A stretch of DNA of 64,000 nt, taken from Octopus sinensis. Lineage: Eukaryota. A program made the translations under genes and the position numbers. Of this stretch, positions 13,400-25,749 are shown in pieces (the first letter of the stretch is position 1; each line of letters starts with the position of its first letter). The notes beneath the pieces are model-generated. The model was not told the origin of the DNA. It searched no databases and saw only the letters and a list, made by a program, of their open reading frames with translations. The DNA lies in the NCBI RefSeq assembly GCF_006345805.1, contig NW_021833757.1, positions 1 through 64,000 of the forward strand, written 5' to 3'.

Positions 13400-14030
13400 T
13401 CCGCTGTCCGTCGAGGACTTGGATGAGAACCCTATCACGGCCGGATCAGTTCTGATTCCATTCCGAAGAGGCCTCGTAGTGCAGTGGGACGTGGCCAGGA
13501 GTGTTGTAATGAGCCATTTCAGTACCTACAGGGTGAGGACGTGTCTATGGGTTTGTAGGAGTACCCCAATTGGCACTTTGAAGGGACGAAATGCCCCTGT
13601 GGACACGTGGACAGGACAATCCCTTTTTGTGATGTGGAGATATCGGAAAGACTGGATTATGAGAATGCAAGTGGAGGGAAATCAGTTCCTCGAGTACTTG
13701 AACTGCATTCACGTGTCCGAAATCACGACGTTTCTGGTCCCCGATGACTCTCGGTGGTATATATGATGGGATTGAGAGAGTTTCCTACGTCAGCACTCAT
13801 TACCGTCGACAAAGGGACTGGGGATCTGTTGTTGACAGGGTTTTTTATGTCGTGTAGTATTAGGCACAATGAGTAATCTATTCTGGGGACTGAAGGTGGA
13901 CGAGTGTCTGTCATTGGGGATCATTTCGACCAATCTTTCGGAAGAGGACAGTTGTACACATACAGTAGTATTAGATGAGTTCATACGACTGCTGTATTTC
14001 CCTGACTCACGTGTTTGGTGGTCGGAAAGT
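13400..14030 (+). pseudogene. ACTR6: Actin-related protein 6-like pseudogene fragment
   Basis: IPFRRGLVVQWDVARSV resembles ARP6 LPFQKGYLVNWDVQRQV. PFC-x14-GGK spacing and RVSYVS also fit. 26-nt intron 13533-13558. Many frameshifts. Confidence 0.58.
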
Positions 14031-14559
14031 TTGCACGTCAGATTTTGTGATGAAAGTTTAAAATTCATCAACCCTAAGCAAGACGTTGCAGTTCTTAATA
14101 ATTACAAAATTTGAGAACGACTATTTTTAGTCAAATTCCTTATGAAAAAATCAAACAGTTTTTTAAAAACTGCAGTTATCTGGAATGGAATGAACCAGCT
14201 GAGTTGCATGAAGTCCTCAAAGAAACACTTTACTGGGCTTACAATGAAATCCGCAAAGTACAAAAAAAGTTTTTGTTATGTAACTGCAGTCGAAGGGCCT
14301 CTAATTGTCAGTAGCACCCGTAAAGGATGGACCGGCCTCAGGATTGTCGATCGAAATAAAGTCGAAGTCACCCTCGTTATCACCATGTTCCTATCGCTGA
14401 TGTAACCACAAAGCAAGAACACTTATAGATCCTCAAAAATGGATGGCGAGTGACAAGTCAGAAAGCTTTTGATAACTTTGCAAAACTCTTATTGAAATTT
14501 TCAACACTTTACTTTTTTAAAGATGTGAATAGTAGAATGGGATGCTTAATTGCTGACTA

Positions 14560-15170
14560 TATTTTGTCTACTGTGGACGTCCCAACCTTGTATTCCCTTC
14601 AGAGTATTTGATAAGAAACCTCTATATCGAACCTCACGAAGGAGACGTGGCAAATTATTTCTGAATCATCAGTTCTTGCAACTTTTGGAGACAAATCAAG
14701 ATAATTTACAGCGAGTAGAACTTGAAAAGTTAAGAAAATATGATTTGCTCGCTAATGAATTATCCCTGATTCACAAGGCCAGAGTGAATATAATTCCTGT
14801 TGTCCTTACATGGGATGGCATTGTGTCTAAATATTTTTAAAAATATTTGGAGTCGATCAGAGTGAGGGAACATCTGGTTGCTTATATGCAATCAATTGTG
14901 CTTAAGCGTACGATGGAGAGCATTGTGCTGGACTTTCGGAGAGGTCTTTCGCAAATGGATTATGAAGCCCGGATTGAGGGGGTACTCTCAAAATACGAGG
15001 AAGCTAACGGGATCGGTGACCGAGAGATCGCGGTGCGTCGACTTGTCGAGGATGCCTACCATGTTCCTTTTCTAAATGGTTCGAAACGAGTTAAAATTGA
15101 CGGAAGTGTGGGCCCTGGGATGATAGATCGGGAAGATAGTGGAGCTCGTAGAGTGGACTCCGAAGGTTGA
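14560..15170 (+). mobile_element. R4/Dong-like element 3' fragment (RLE)
   Basis: VELEKLRKYDLLANEL, PVVLTWDG and YMQSIVLKRTMES. Confidence 0.85.
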
Positions 15171-15339
15171 AGGGTCTTTTAAGTAATTATTTGTTAACAT
15201 AAATATTTTATCAAGGTTTTCTGAAATAAAAATTATTGTTTTTAATATAAAATGTCACGGGTTGGATAATGCCTCTCAACGCGTGTAAATTTGTTAATTT
15301 TTGAAAACAAAAGGATAGTTTTCATAAAATACAAAAACC

Positions 15340-15590
15340 AGAGGTTGCGCTTTTTGGCCAAAGAAGAAAAGGAACTTAAACTAAAATTACTATGTGATCT
15401 CAAAATGCGTTCAGTGTCAGGTGCGTATTTATTAAATTATTTGTAGTCAAAAAGATGATGGTAACTAAGTCAACAAGTACTCCTATTATTGCAAGAAGGT
15501 CTAAAGATCGCTATATTGCAGATTCAGTGGATTTAAGAAAGTATACCAGCCTTAATAGTGATAATGGATGGGTATTCATTTCTGAATAAA
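15340..15590 (+). mobile_element. Ginger-like integrase remnant with a 26-nt intron
   Basis: CVQCQ|...PIIARRSKDRYIADSVDLRKY..N...W. GT-AG intron 15421-15446 and a 1-bp frameshift just after it. Confidence 0.65.
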
Positions 15591-15639
15591 TTGTAGTTGG
15601 TTGTGGTTATAAATTCATTAAAAATACAATGGGAGAAAA

Positions 15640-16030
15640 CCGAGACCGAAAGAGGCGAAACAAAACAACCTAAGCCAATCGGATACTAAAGCATTATCAA
15701 TTGCGGTGGACAAGGAGGAAACTGCAAAGATACGCGCAGCTTTTGGGATTCTGGATGAAATTTGCCGGAACGGCAGAAGAGCTTGATCGATTAAAAAACT
15801 TCCTCGGCAGAAGGGGATGTTGCGAATGGCACTTTTTCGAGGATTTCTTGCGGGCTGGAACACTGAACCGGCTGGCAAGTGCGGCAGGAAGGACAGTTCC
15901 AAATTAAAAGAGAGGCAGAAACGCGCCTGGAAAAGTGCACACAAGAAAGGTGGAAGAATCTGTCACAGCTAGAACAGACTCTCCCTTTCTTGCGGTTGTT
16001 ACTAACTTTGCAAGAAAAGCATAAAACCGT
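15640..16030 (-). mobile_element. 5' part of a CRE-like element with a PHD finger
   Basis: CFSC-x11-CSSC-x4-HLSC...WNCPSC, then RIPKAARI...W.RL, as in the N-termini at 36100 and 43409. Confidence 0.8.
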
Positions 16031-16639
16031 AGTAGGTTGGCGACAGAGAGACATAAAAAAAGAGCGAGACAGGTACAATAAAAAAATAGACTGACAAAGA
16101 TAAATGAGAAGAAAAAGAAAAGAAAAGGAACAAAAGAAAAAGAATTGAAATGAGAGAAAGATAGATGGATAGATATATGGATAGATAGATGGATAGATAT
16201 TAGGAATGAAATTAAAAACGTCACAAGAAACGACACGACACGTGGAATAGTTAAATTATAATTAGATTTTTGTAGGTGTTTATTTTACATTTAAAAAATC
16301 TTTTCATTAACAATCTGATCAAACTTAAAGAGCTTGCATATATAGATTAAATTTTGTGCGATAGAATAATAATCAATCGAAAACAATGTATGCAGGTCAA
16401 TTTCCGAAATGTAATATCCGGATCTCAAACTGCAAAGAATAGCACTAACCAAAATTCAAAAGCACGTTTACATAAATTTATTATTTTATTTTTCTCAAAA
16501 TACTTTAATGAAATACTGTAATAAAGTAATTTAGGCGATTTCTCATCTTTGAATAATAAAGAGTTTAATTCTGATTGTTTAAAAATCAATTAAAAATTGC
16601 TTATAATTATTATATATTCAAGGAGAAACGATCAAAGAG

Positions 16640-16735
16640 AAATGATCATCGGGAACGGACATAGCTATTCCAACGCGTATCAATAGTGATCTTGCGTGGG
16701 AATTGCCATTCATCTTATCCTCTGCTGCTAATTAA
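16640..16735 (+). mobile_element. CRE-like extreme 3' remnant
   Basis: Near-identical to 18900-18985 (FQRVSIVILRGNCHS-type end). Confidence 0.7.
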
Positions 16736-16849
16736 ATATTTATTAACACTTTTTAAAAAATAAATGATGAAATTATGTATTGCCTGATTAGTCAGTTATT
16801 AAAACTTTCCTGAATGAAATGTTGATGTGATGGGCATTCTCATCAAATA

Positions 16850-17620
16850 GAGACGGTGGATCGTCTTGGGCAAGTAAAAAAGTGTCAAGAAAGTTTTGAT
16901 ATCATTAAAAAAATAGGGAACTCAATCGAAAAATATATCTCTGTTATTAGTGATTTAATCAATGAATATGAAACACGTTTGAATGATTTTAAAGAAGCTC
17001 TACATATTATGAAAATATTTCCGTCACCTATGGAAAAAAATACTGTAAACGCTTCATGTATGAGCTGGAGCTAATTTAAATTGAGGCAGATTTACAGAGC
17101 TATTTAATTTAGGGAAACTATTGGATTTTTGGAGTCAAATTCGAGAATGAAAATATCCGAACTTGGTCGATAATGCTAAAAATGCATCAGTCTTTGGAAA
17201 TACGTATGATGTGTAGATCTTTTCAGTAAACTTATGCGAATAAAAAGTAAGTATCGAAATCCATTAACTAGTGAACACCTAATTCAACTTTACGAACTTT
17301 GTCTTTGAACTTTACCCCTCTTTTAAATAAAATAGTAGACGCCAAGCAAAATCAAATCTCACATTGATTCTCTTATTAAACTAATAAAGCCTTTTTTGAT
17401 CAAATAAAATATTTTTTGTGCGGCCCGGAATGATACTCATAATTATCGATTTAGTCCTTAAGCTAAAAAGGTTGAGAACTCATCCTCTTAATTATTGATC
17501 TGGCCCATGAGCTTAAAATGTTGAGAATCACTGCTAGACATAAAATCGGACTGCATGGTACTGTTTTATTAGTGTTGCACATGAAGTTTGCGGCCTGCAT
17601 GTTTGACACTCATCGTCTAA
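16850..17620 (+). mobile_element. hAT transposase C-terminus (GTF2IRD2/SPIN-like) with terminal remnants
   Basis: YISVISDLINEYETRLNDF, FWSQI..KYPNL, FGNTY and KSKYRN.LT..HL, resembling the hAT dimerisation region. Confidence 0.7.
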
Positions 17621-18229
17621 GATATCTATGTTCGATAGTAGAACCATCCGTATAGGTGGTGCCTGCTTAAGGGAGAGCTTTTTCCATCATGTTAAAGTCC
17701 ACTGCTTCAGAAAGACTATGACTAACTCGAAAACAGCTGAGTTTGTGCGTTGGGCTAGAGTTTTTTTCGTTTGGTCATTTTAGATTTTAGTGGAAGTACC
17801 TGCTTTTTTTCAATCTTCTATCGCTTCATTTGTAAAGTCAGATTGGGAGGAAACAGCGATTTAGGGTTCTGTACTTTTACTTGTAGGGGGATATAAATAG
17901 GATGCATGTAAATTGAAGAGACAGAATGTAACTCTGATCAAAAAAGTAATAATCAACTAAAGAGATTCCAAGATCGTTTTCTAGAAAGAAAAAAAGTCAG
18001 CCAAGTCTAACTAGCAAATCCGAGAATTAAATGAAAAGCCCAGCTTTTAATGAAGTTTTTTTCTACTAGGAGAGAGGATGTGTCTCTGAACTAAATCTTT
18101 TGTTTAACTAACTATGATCGCTTAAAGATTACTGTTTATAAATAGCTCGTGCCATTTGTAAATAGCGATTAGCGACATGAAACTGATAAAAAAGGATGGT
18201 TATTTGCAGAAAAAAATAATTTGAAGAAA

Positions 18230-18370
18230 TAGGGTGTAATTGAGCGCTTTAATCAAACACTAACACGGGGTATGGAAAAACTGATAGATAATAAAAATTG
18301 AAAAAATTTTTAGACAAAGTTACGTTTTTATAATACGACACATCACTCGGCGATAAATGAGACTTTCTTC
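18230..18370 (+). mobile_element. Ginger-like integrase remnant
   Basis: GVIERFNQTLTR...YNTTHHS. Confidence 0.65.
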
Positions 18371-18769
18371 AAAAAGTATAGAGATATTTCTGAAATTAAA
18401 CGTGCCATTCGTGAAATATTAGGTTATAATCTCACTTTTAATTTAGATGAAAATAATGAGGCCTCGTTTGTAGTAGATAAACTTGATGGAAAATATACGA
18501 TGCATTTAGCTTTTCACTTCCATACTTGAGTAGCTTCTATTACAAAATAACAGTGCATTATTCAAATAATTAATTTAAAGTTAGTAAGTTGGTTTAGGAG
18601 TTTATGCAGTCTTGCGAATCATAAATCCACCAAATGAAATAATAGCTTTCTGAGTTAATTCTTTTAATTCGTCGTCATTTCCAATTGCAACGACAACGTG
18701 ACGTGATTTAATTCTTCTTTTTCCACATTTTACTGCTGTATTTCCAGCCAAACGCTAAAAATCAAGAAA

Positions 18770-18985
18770 TACAGTGCATTATCTCACCGCCATATCTTTG
18801 CCCCGATCGCAGTGGAGACATCGGGAGTCCTCGGCCCCAGAACTAAAAAATTCCTTATTAAACTGGGGGATTTGGCAAGCAGAAGAAAAAATTATCATCG
18901 AGAACGGACATGGCTTTTCCAACGCATATCAATAGCCATCTTGCGTGGGAATTGCCATTCCATCTTATCCTCTACAGCTAATTAA
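18770..18985 (+). mobile_element. CRE-like 3' remnant
   Basis: FAPIAVETSGVLGP..KKFL..LG...ERTWLFQRISIAILRGNC. Confidence 0.8.
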
Positions 18986-19086
18986 ATACTAAATGATTAG
19001 TTTAAGTAATTAACCTTCATAAAATTATCTGTGTTAAAAAAATTAAAAAAAAAATTTCCAGCAAGTTCAAGCATTTCAGCCACAGC

Positions 19087-20540
19087 ATGAATGAATGAAT
19101 GAAGAATTTTATTGTAAGAAAGAAGAAACGAGACAGAAACTTAGTGCGGAAAATAATTTTGACGAGACGATTGCTTTGGGCATTCGAGCTCTTCCATGGT
19201 TCGTCCGCTTTGTCTGTCTATGAGCAGGGACCCTGCTATTCTCCACGATCGATGAATAGGTCAGCCACTTTAGAGCGTTTCCGAAAAGTTCGGATAGAAG
19301 CCTCGATGGCCTGCCGTAGCTCTGGAGACTTGCTCTCCGCCCAGCTTGGGACAGGCTCCCATGGATTTAGCATATAGGCTAGTTTTAGAGCGTATCTCCG
19401 TATTTTTTCGCATTTTCGCAGAATTTTCTCATATTGTTTCGAGTAGAACCAAGCTTCCATACCATACAGTAGGCTGGGCAAGATTGTTGCATGGTATACA
19501 AATAGGAAGGTATTTGGATTCAAGTGCATGCTTCTTAGGAGTCGGAGAGCGGCGATGGCTTTCCCTTTTCTCCGTTTGAAATGCAAATGGTATCTCGAGT
19601 TTGCGTCGATTGTGAGCCCCAGGTAACGTATGCTCTCAGGGCGAGCGATTTCCACCAAAGAGCCGGGTTTGCGATCTTGCGACTTTCTTGGGTTAATTTG
19701 GAGATATGCAGATTTGTCCATTGCCAGCGAGAGTCGCTTACCAATGCACCAATTCTTTATCTCCTCAATGTAGCCGGCAAGTCGTTTCTCAGAGGCATTG
19801 GTGTCCATCGAGGTGTCCAGAACGAGAACATCGTCCGCGTAGAGGAGTAGGGATGTCCTGGGATCGGAGGGTGTGGGGAAACTGCTCATTACCAAATTGA
19901 AAAGGATTGGGCTGAGACAGGACCCCTGCGGAACCCCCCTTCGGAGCGAAATATATCTTGAGAAGAAGCCCGACTCAGAGATATAAGAGTAACGATTTGA
20001 GAGGAAGCAGCGCATCCAGAGAAAGACTTCCGCTGTTGGCTCACAGAGTTCGATCCTTTCCAGGAGGTCTCTGTGCCAGACGCTGTCAAAAGCCTTTGAG
20101 ATGTCCAGACATACAAGAGATAAAGTTTCTTTAAACTCCATTGCTCTCGAGATGGTGTCCTGTACCGTAATGAAACAGTCACCGCAGCTACGTCCAGAGC
20201 GAAAACCCCATTGCTGCAGGAGCAGCAGTGGTTCGGCAAATTGTAATTGAAATTGATTGAAAAAATGGTCAAGAAAAATCAAAATCTCTCATCAATTAAA
20301 GCTTGCTCCAAAGTTCAAAGACGAACAGCAGTAAAGCTACACCCCTTTTGCGAACCCATCAAAGCTGAATATCCCACCGAACCTCCGAACCCTACTGTGC
20401 CTCAAAAACACAGTGAGACCCAATCCCAGCAGATGACAGAAGTCCGGCACCTTCATTCTAAAATTCAGATCGCCCAAGGATGCTGCTGCTTTCTAAGCAG
20501 AGCTGTCTCGATCGAATATGTTTGGCGAAGGCGGCCATAA
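19087..20540 (-). mobile_element. Jockey/CR1-group LINE, 5'-truncated, (CATT)n tail
   Basis: RT ORF 19236-20282: QWGFRSGRSC, LDISKAFDSVWH, GVPQGS, LYADD and YLG. Tail at 19087-19103. Confidence 0.88.
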
Positions 20541-21484
20541 ACTTGCCTCAGTAGCTGAGAAGGCCTCAGTCTTGGTCCTTAAAGGAATCCCTCATTGGAT
20601 GTCTACAGAGGACTTTAACCTCCACTTGAGAGAAAGTCTAGAATCGGACTTCAACTTTAATTTTCCTGATGAATAACATAATGATGCTATAAGCCTCTTA
20701 TAAACAAAGATGTGGCACCACATCCAAAAAATGATGATTGTTTTGCATATTCAGATTTAAAAAAAATTTACTCTTTATTTTCTAGAAACGCCTATCATAA
20801 ATTGATTTGTATAGATTTTTTGTTAAAAAAATTTGGCACGTGGAAATTTCAGAAATACAATCTCCTTCCAAATTAATTGTCGATTCTCTATGAAACAGAA
20901 ATAAATATTATTATCGCAGTCTTTATTTCAGATATCTGGACCATCATTGAGATATCCGCTCTGGTATTTACACTGTTTATAAGCTACTAGGTGAAATTGT
21001 GTTTTAATTAAAATTATCTTAATTTTTAGTTACCCAATTATTAATAGAAAACATAATAAATTGTGGCATGTGTGAGCACTCTTTTGCTTGTTGTCCTGTT
21101 ACATTATTTGGTCAATCTTTATTTTTTTATTTAATTGGATTAGAAGGAATATTTTGCGATGTAGTTTCTTTTAATGAATAAATTATCTGAAATTTCAACA
21201 TTTTGTAATATTTGCGAGTTTATTCTTTCAATCTGTTTATATCGCTTATTTGAAATCTTCTCATTTATCTTTATTCATTGAATTTCATCTTATTTTTTGA
21301 TAAAAAGTTTTATTCTTTATATTCTTATGGCAAACTTTTATTTATTTGTTCCTGGATTTGGCGATCTTATATTTTAGCGTCCTAAAATCTAAAATGATCA
21401 ATTTCTACCAAATTTTAATCATTATTGTTATATTTTTTTAAACTGAACACGAATTTAATTATTGTTATTTTATTTTTATAAATT

Positions 21485-22205
21485 TTTTTTTTTTTGAATA
21501 ATTTAATTTAATTGTACAATATAATTAATAGAGAATTAATGTCGTGAACTTGAGGGTTAGTCCGACGACGAAGCACTGCGGATAGAGAGGCAGTTCCCGC
21601 GAAGAATTGCAACCGAGATGCGCTGGAAAAGCCAGCTCGTCTCCCTCCGGTTATTTGTATTCTGTGAGATTCTTCCTCCCACAACCCGTAACAGATTTTC
21701 TACCTTCTTTCCAACCACACCGGAGGTCTCAAAGGCTAGGGGGACAAACTCAACGACGTTCGGAAGCACAGCGTACTTCGTCAACTTCCTTTCTTCTGCC
21801 AGCGCACATGCGTAGCCTGGTGTACTGGCTGTTCCTGTGAGCACAGTATCTGAAAAGGAGTCGACGCAAGTTACATCCCAAACAAGAGACCTTCCTCCTC
21901 TAAAGGGGAATATAGTCATCCCGTCAGGACGCTTTCCGTCACTGCGGCAGAGCCCAATAGGTTCAAGGGTCGATGGGAATCCCGCAGAATCCAAAGCCCT
22001 TTTCACCACTTCATTGAGGAGGACGTGGCGGGGAAATCGGCCAGCACTCCTCCTACAGGACAATGCGTGTAAACCGTTCGAAGGAATCAAAAAACCACAG
22101 CGACAACGGTGAGGTTGGCAGATTTCAAGTCCAAGTCGAAGACACACTCCGATACGTATAGTTTCGTCTTCCATAAGCAGACCATTGGACGCCAACGGAA
22201 GTGCG
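21485..22205 (-). mobile_element. 5'-truncated CRE-like insertion
   Basis: RLE ORF 21557-22195. Poly(A) tail and TSD tttttataaa(tt) at 21473-21484 and 22206-22217. Confidence 0.92.
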
Positions 22206-22439
22206 TTTTTATAAATTATTATGTCACATGCCTGAGTGGTTATACTTTCGGACTTAGAAAAAAATTCAAAAAAAATATTTGAATTCTATTTCAAAATTTA
22301 TTTTGCCAAGATAAATTGTCGCGAGCGCAGTGAGCGATCCATCAATGTCAATGATTGTCAAAAATAAAAATAATCTATTACATCAAAGTTAACTAAGGTC
22401 AATTATTGACAATTAACAAAAGATAATTAACCATAATTT

Positions 22440-23484
22440 TAAGTCGAATTGAATTTCTTTAGTCGCCTTGAATGAACTTTCCTAATAGACCCAGCACTAT
22501 CTTCGACTTGGACAAAATTGTTGGACAATTTTTTGACAATAGTTACTGGATCCCCATACGGATGTTCAAATTTCTTTAATAGAAGAGAAGGATTCGTCCC
22601 ATAATCTTTTTTTATACGAACCTTTAAGTAATTAAGAATGGAATACAATATCTCCAACATCTAACTCATATTTTGATCGATGGACTCCCATCTTCCTATT
22701 CATTCTTCTATAATATGAAGACTGCAAATTCATCCTCTTAAAATTAAACTGGTACTCATCATCTTTACTAATAAATAACAATAAAAAACCTTTATTATAA
22801 ATGTCAGGATTTTCTACAACTTCCAATTCTTCCATATCAAAACTTTTTGGATTTTCCTCAACACCTGATTCAACAACAGTGTTGAATCCAGGAATACCAC
22901 GATATCTTTGGAATGGACTAACGCCTAGAAAATAAAAAAATGCAATTTACATGTCGATGAATGAGCTCTCTGATTGTATAAAAACACAGCCTTTCGAATG
23001 TGTTTTATCCACTCTTTTTTATCATCAGAAGCCATCAATTTGGATAAACTCCTTGTGATTGTCTGATTAAATCTTTCAACTATCCCCTGACTCTGAGGAT
23101 TGTTCGGCCTTCCATGTATTTGATTAATTTTGAATTCTTCACATAAATTTGAAATATGAATATTTTTAAATTCTGTCCCGTTATCAGATTGCAAATATCT
23201 GCAGGGGCCATAATCCATGAAAATGTCGTTTAATTTTTCAGCGACTTCAATTCCACTTTTATTTCTAAGATTCCTTGTGATGGCATATCTCGAATAGACG
23301 TCAATAACAGTCAACAACCAAGAAAATTGATCATTATCATTTACAAACCTTGGGAATAAGACAATTTTATACCTTTTTAGGTCAATCAGATCAATCTGAA
23401 ATCTCTCATTCGGTACATCCGCAAAAATATGACTTACGTCGTCATATTGTTTCAGTGGGACTGCAGACTGGCATATATATTGTT
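22440..23484 (-). mobile_element. Ginger2/KRBA2-like DDE integrase with a 24-nt intron, degenerate 3' part
   Basis: PNERFQIDLID, IDVYSRY, LQSDNGTEF and PQSQGIVERFN. No RT, RNase H or LTR nearby. In-frame GT-AG insert at 23349-23372. Confidence 0.85.
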
Positions 23485-23876
23485 CCAGGAATCCTATCAA
23501 TAGTTCCATATTTTTTGAATTTTCGAAGAAAATCTCCGATTGTCGATTTTGGAGTATTTAGATGATCTGCGATATCTTTTATCGTTCAATTTAACTCATA
23601 AAGAGCAAGAATCTTCCCTTTAATTATTTTATTTAACATTTGCTTATAAAACTAAAAATTCAACTACTAAAATATCACTCAATAATGCAAACCGGTTTTT
23701 TATTCACTCGCTAAAATTTAAATCTTCAGAATTTTAAACGATTAATGGAATTTTTTATAAATAAAAAAATTATAAATCTAATCAATTACAAAGAGTTCAA
23801 TTCAGTTAAAAAAAATAAATGCCATCCGCCAAAAAAAGTTAGTAACTGCAAAACCGGTTTTTTTCTACCAGCACTG
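23485..23876 (-). mobile_element. Left-end fragment of the same Tc1 family
   Basis: Near-identical to 6809-7200 inverted. TIR end followed by TA. Broken within the transposase and joined to the integrase. Confidence 0.92.
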
Positions 23877-24499
23877 TATACTTGCGCCTCATCCAGATCG
23901 TCCATATTTTTTTGAAAGAAACAACAGTCAACACTTTCCTTCGAGTAATGTCCTCCGAATCCCAAAAGATAAATCTATCTTTCTTACAAATTCACTTCTG
24001 GCCTCGGCAGACTCACTATGGCGGGTCGAGTTTGGCGATTCAATTAGGAGAGGGAGTTTCTTTTGTTTTTTTGTCAATTTGTATATTTCTTTGTCAAAAG
24101 TCCTCTTGAATCTCCTTGGACGATTCCCATTACACTCTCAGCAGCCTTCTTTACTATGATCAAAACATGCTTTCATAATAGTCCGGGATACACATTCGAG
24201 TCAATATTGTCCAACAATTTAAGTATTTTCTCATTGTACCTTATACATGTGTGATCTAAAACACATAAGCTCTCCACTGCCAAGTTCCTGTCCTGTGTAC
24301 GAGCTGCAAGTACTCGGGAGATTCCAAAGCGTCGTTTTAAAATGAGGCGTGCCATCGAGGTAATGATGTCACTGTACGTACGGGAGTAAATTTAACTAAA
24401 ACGAAAATAATTAATAAAAGTTTGCGACTTTTTTTGTTCTGATTTTGGATAAAGTTTAAAATGGTCACGTCCAAACACAAATCCTATGTAACGAATATG

Positions 24500-24735
24500 C
24501 CCAAGGGAATCCCCACAGCACGGACTGACCGATTTACGCGAGGATTTTCCCATATTATATCTGCATATGTAATACTACAGTTTATATAATATCTCTCCAT
24601 AGGATAGTCCATCAACTAAATTAAATTTCAAAAAAAGATTTAAAAAGTGGATATTAAAAAAATCAAATCAAAAAATTTCAAATGTTAAGGATGCAGATTA
24701 GAGAAGTAAAATCCATAAATATCTCAAAAATGATG
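24500..24735 (+). repeat. Unclassified AT-rich dispersed repeat (other copies ~3490-3712 plus 4395-4490, ~21100-21300 minus, and arm-2 mirrors)
   Basis: Shared acagcacggactgaccgatttacg...catcaactaaatt...gcagattaga...caaaaatgatg. Confidence 0.75.
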
Positions 24736-24741
24736 CACACT

Positions 24742-24830
24742 CGGGAGGTGGACTGGCTTTTCAGCGGTTCTCGAACGCCGTTCTCAGAAAGAACAGTTTG
24801 GCGATCCGTCAGGGCGCTGGTTTCGGCTAA
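24742..24830 (+). mobile_element. CRE-like 3' remnant (another at ~25455-25545, minus)
   Basis: REVDWLFQRFS.AV..NSLAIRQ.AG-type end. Confidence 0.6.
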
Positions 24831-24929
24831 AAGAATAATTAATTATCCATCGGATTAATCCTCTTTGCGGAAAAAAATTATTTTTTTATTAATCGATCAA
24901 ACTGAAATTGTAATTCTTTCAAACAGTAA

Positions 24930-25198
24930 TGGTATTAAAAAACGATGTAAAATCGAAAAAACTCAAGAAAGATTTCGGAAAGAACCGAATGAACATCTAT
25001 CCATCGCCTCATTTAAGAAATCTTGGGAAGGAACCGTGGGCCTACATGCCCTAAAACTCCACCACCGCGGCCTCATAGAAATTGTGTCAGGACTAGGAAG
25101 CAGCACCGAGCAAAGATGTGGACCCTCCTCAGAGAAGCCGGGATCACCTGATTAATTAGTTCTATGTTTTGGACAATGATCTTGATTTTAATAATAAA
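24930..25198 (+). mobile_element. LINE 3' fragment of the family at 35196-36095
   Basis: Colinear with 35200-35470 inverted, with a (TAA)n-like tail. Confidence 0.85.
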
Positions 25199-25749
25199 AA
25201 ATGTTTTGTTTCTTGAAAGAGAGTTATTTTCAATTCTACTTTGATCTCATTTCTCATAAACAGACTGAGATTGGAGACTGTCATCTTTGAAGTTTTATCC
25301 ACAACCTTTCATCGTGATTAAAGTGATATTTAAGAATATTCCACGTGTCAGTTGATAAAAATGTTTCATATGGTGGCTTAGGATTTCTTAATTTTGTTTT
25401 AGAATCCTACAAGTTCCACAAGAATTGTTTTGTTTTTATAGAAAAAGTGATAAAGGATTAATCGAAGAGAAGGCCAGCAGCTTGGCGGATCGGCAAACTG
25501 CTCCCCCGGATAACTGCGACCGAGAATTGTAGTGACAATTCTCTATTTGGAAAGAATTTCTCTTGCTTCAGATACAAGAGTAACTTTTGCTCGGAATACT
25601 CCCAACGAACACTGTGATGAATTTTTTGTATTAAAATATCAGATAATGATATAACTAGGGCAGTCAAACGCTATAAAATGCAATTAAATATAATTTAATA
25701 AAAATACTATTTTAAAATTAATTTACAATTAATGATAAATTAAAAGTTA

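Noticed and set aside
14111-14314. FFKNCSYLEW, reminiscent of a TIR-domain end
   Set aside because: A single short motif with no other TIR boxes.
16100-16236. (GATA/GGAT)n tract and the 110-aa hydrophobic ORF 15904-16236
   Set aside because: Low-complexity microsatellite translated by chance.
21553-21560. gagggttag at the end of a CRE fragment
   Set aside because: A single telomere-like unit overlapping the stop codon; expected by chance.
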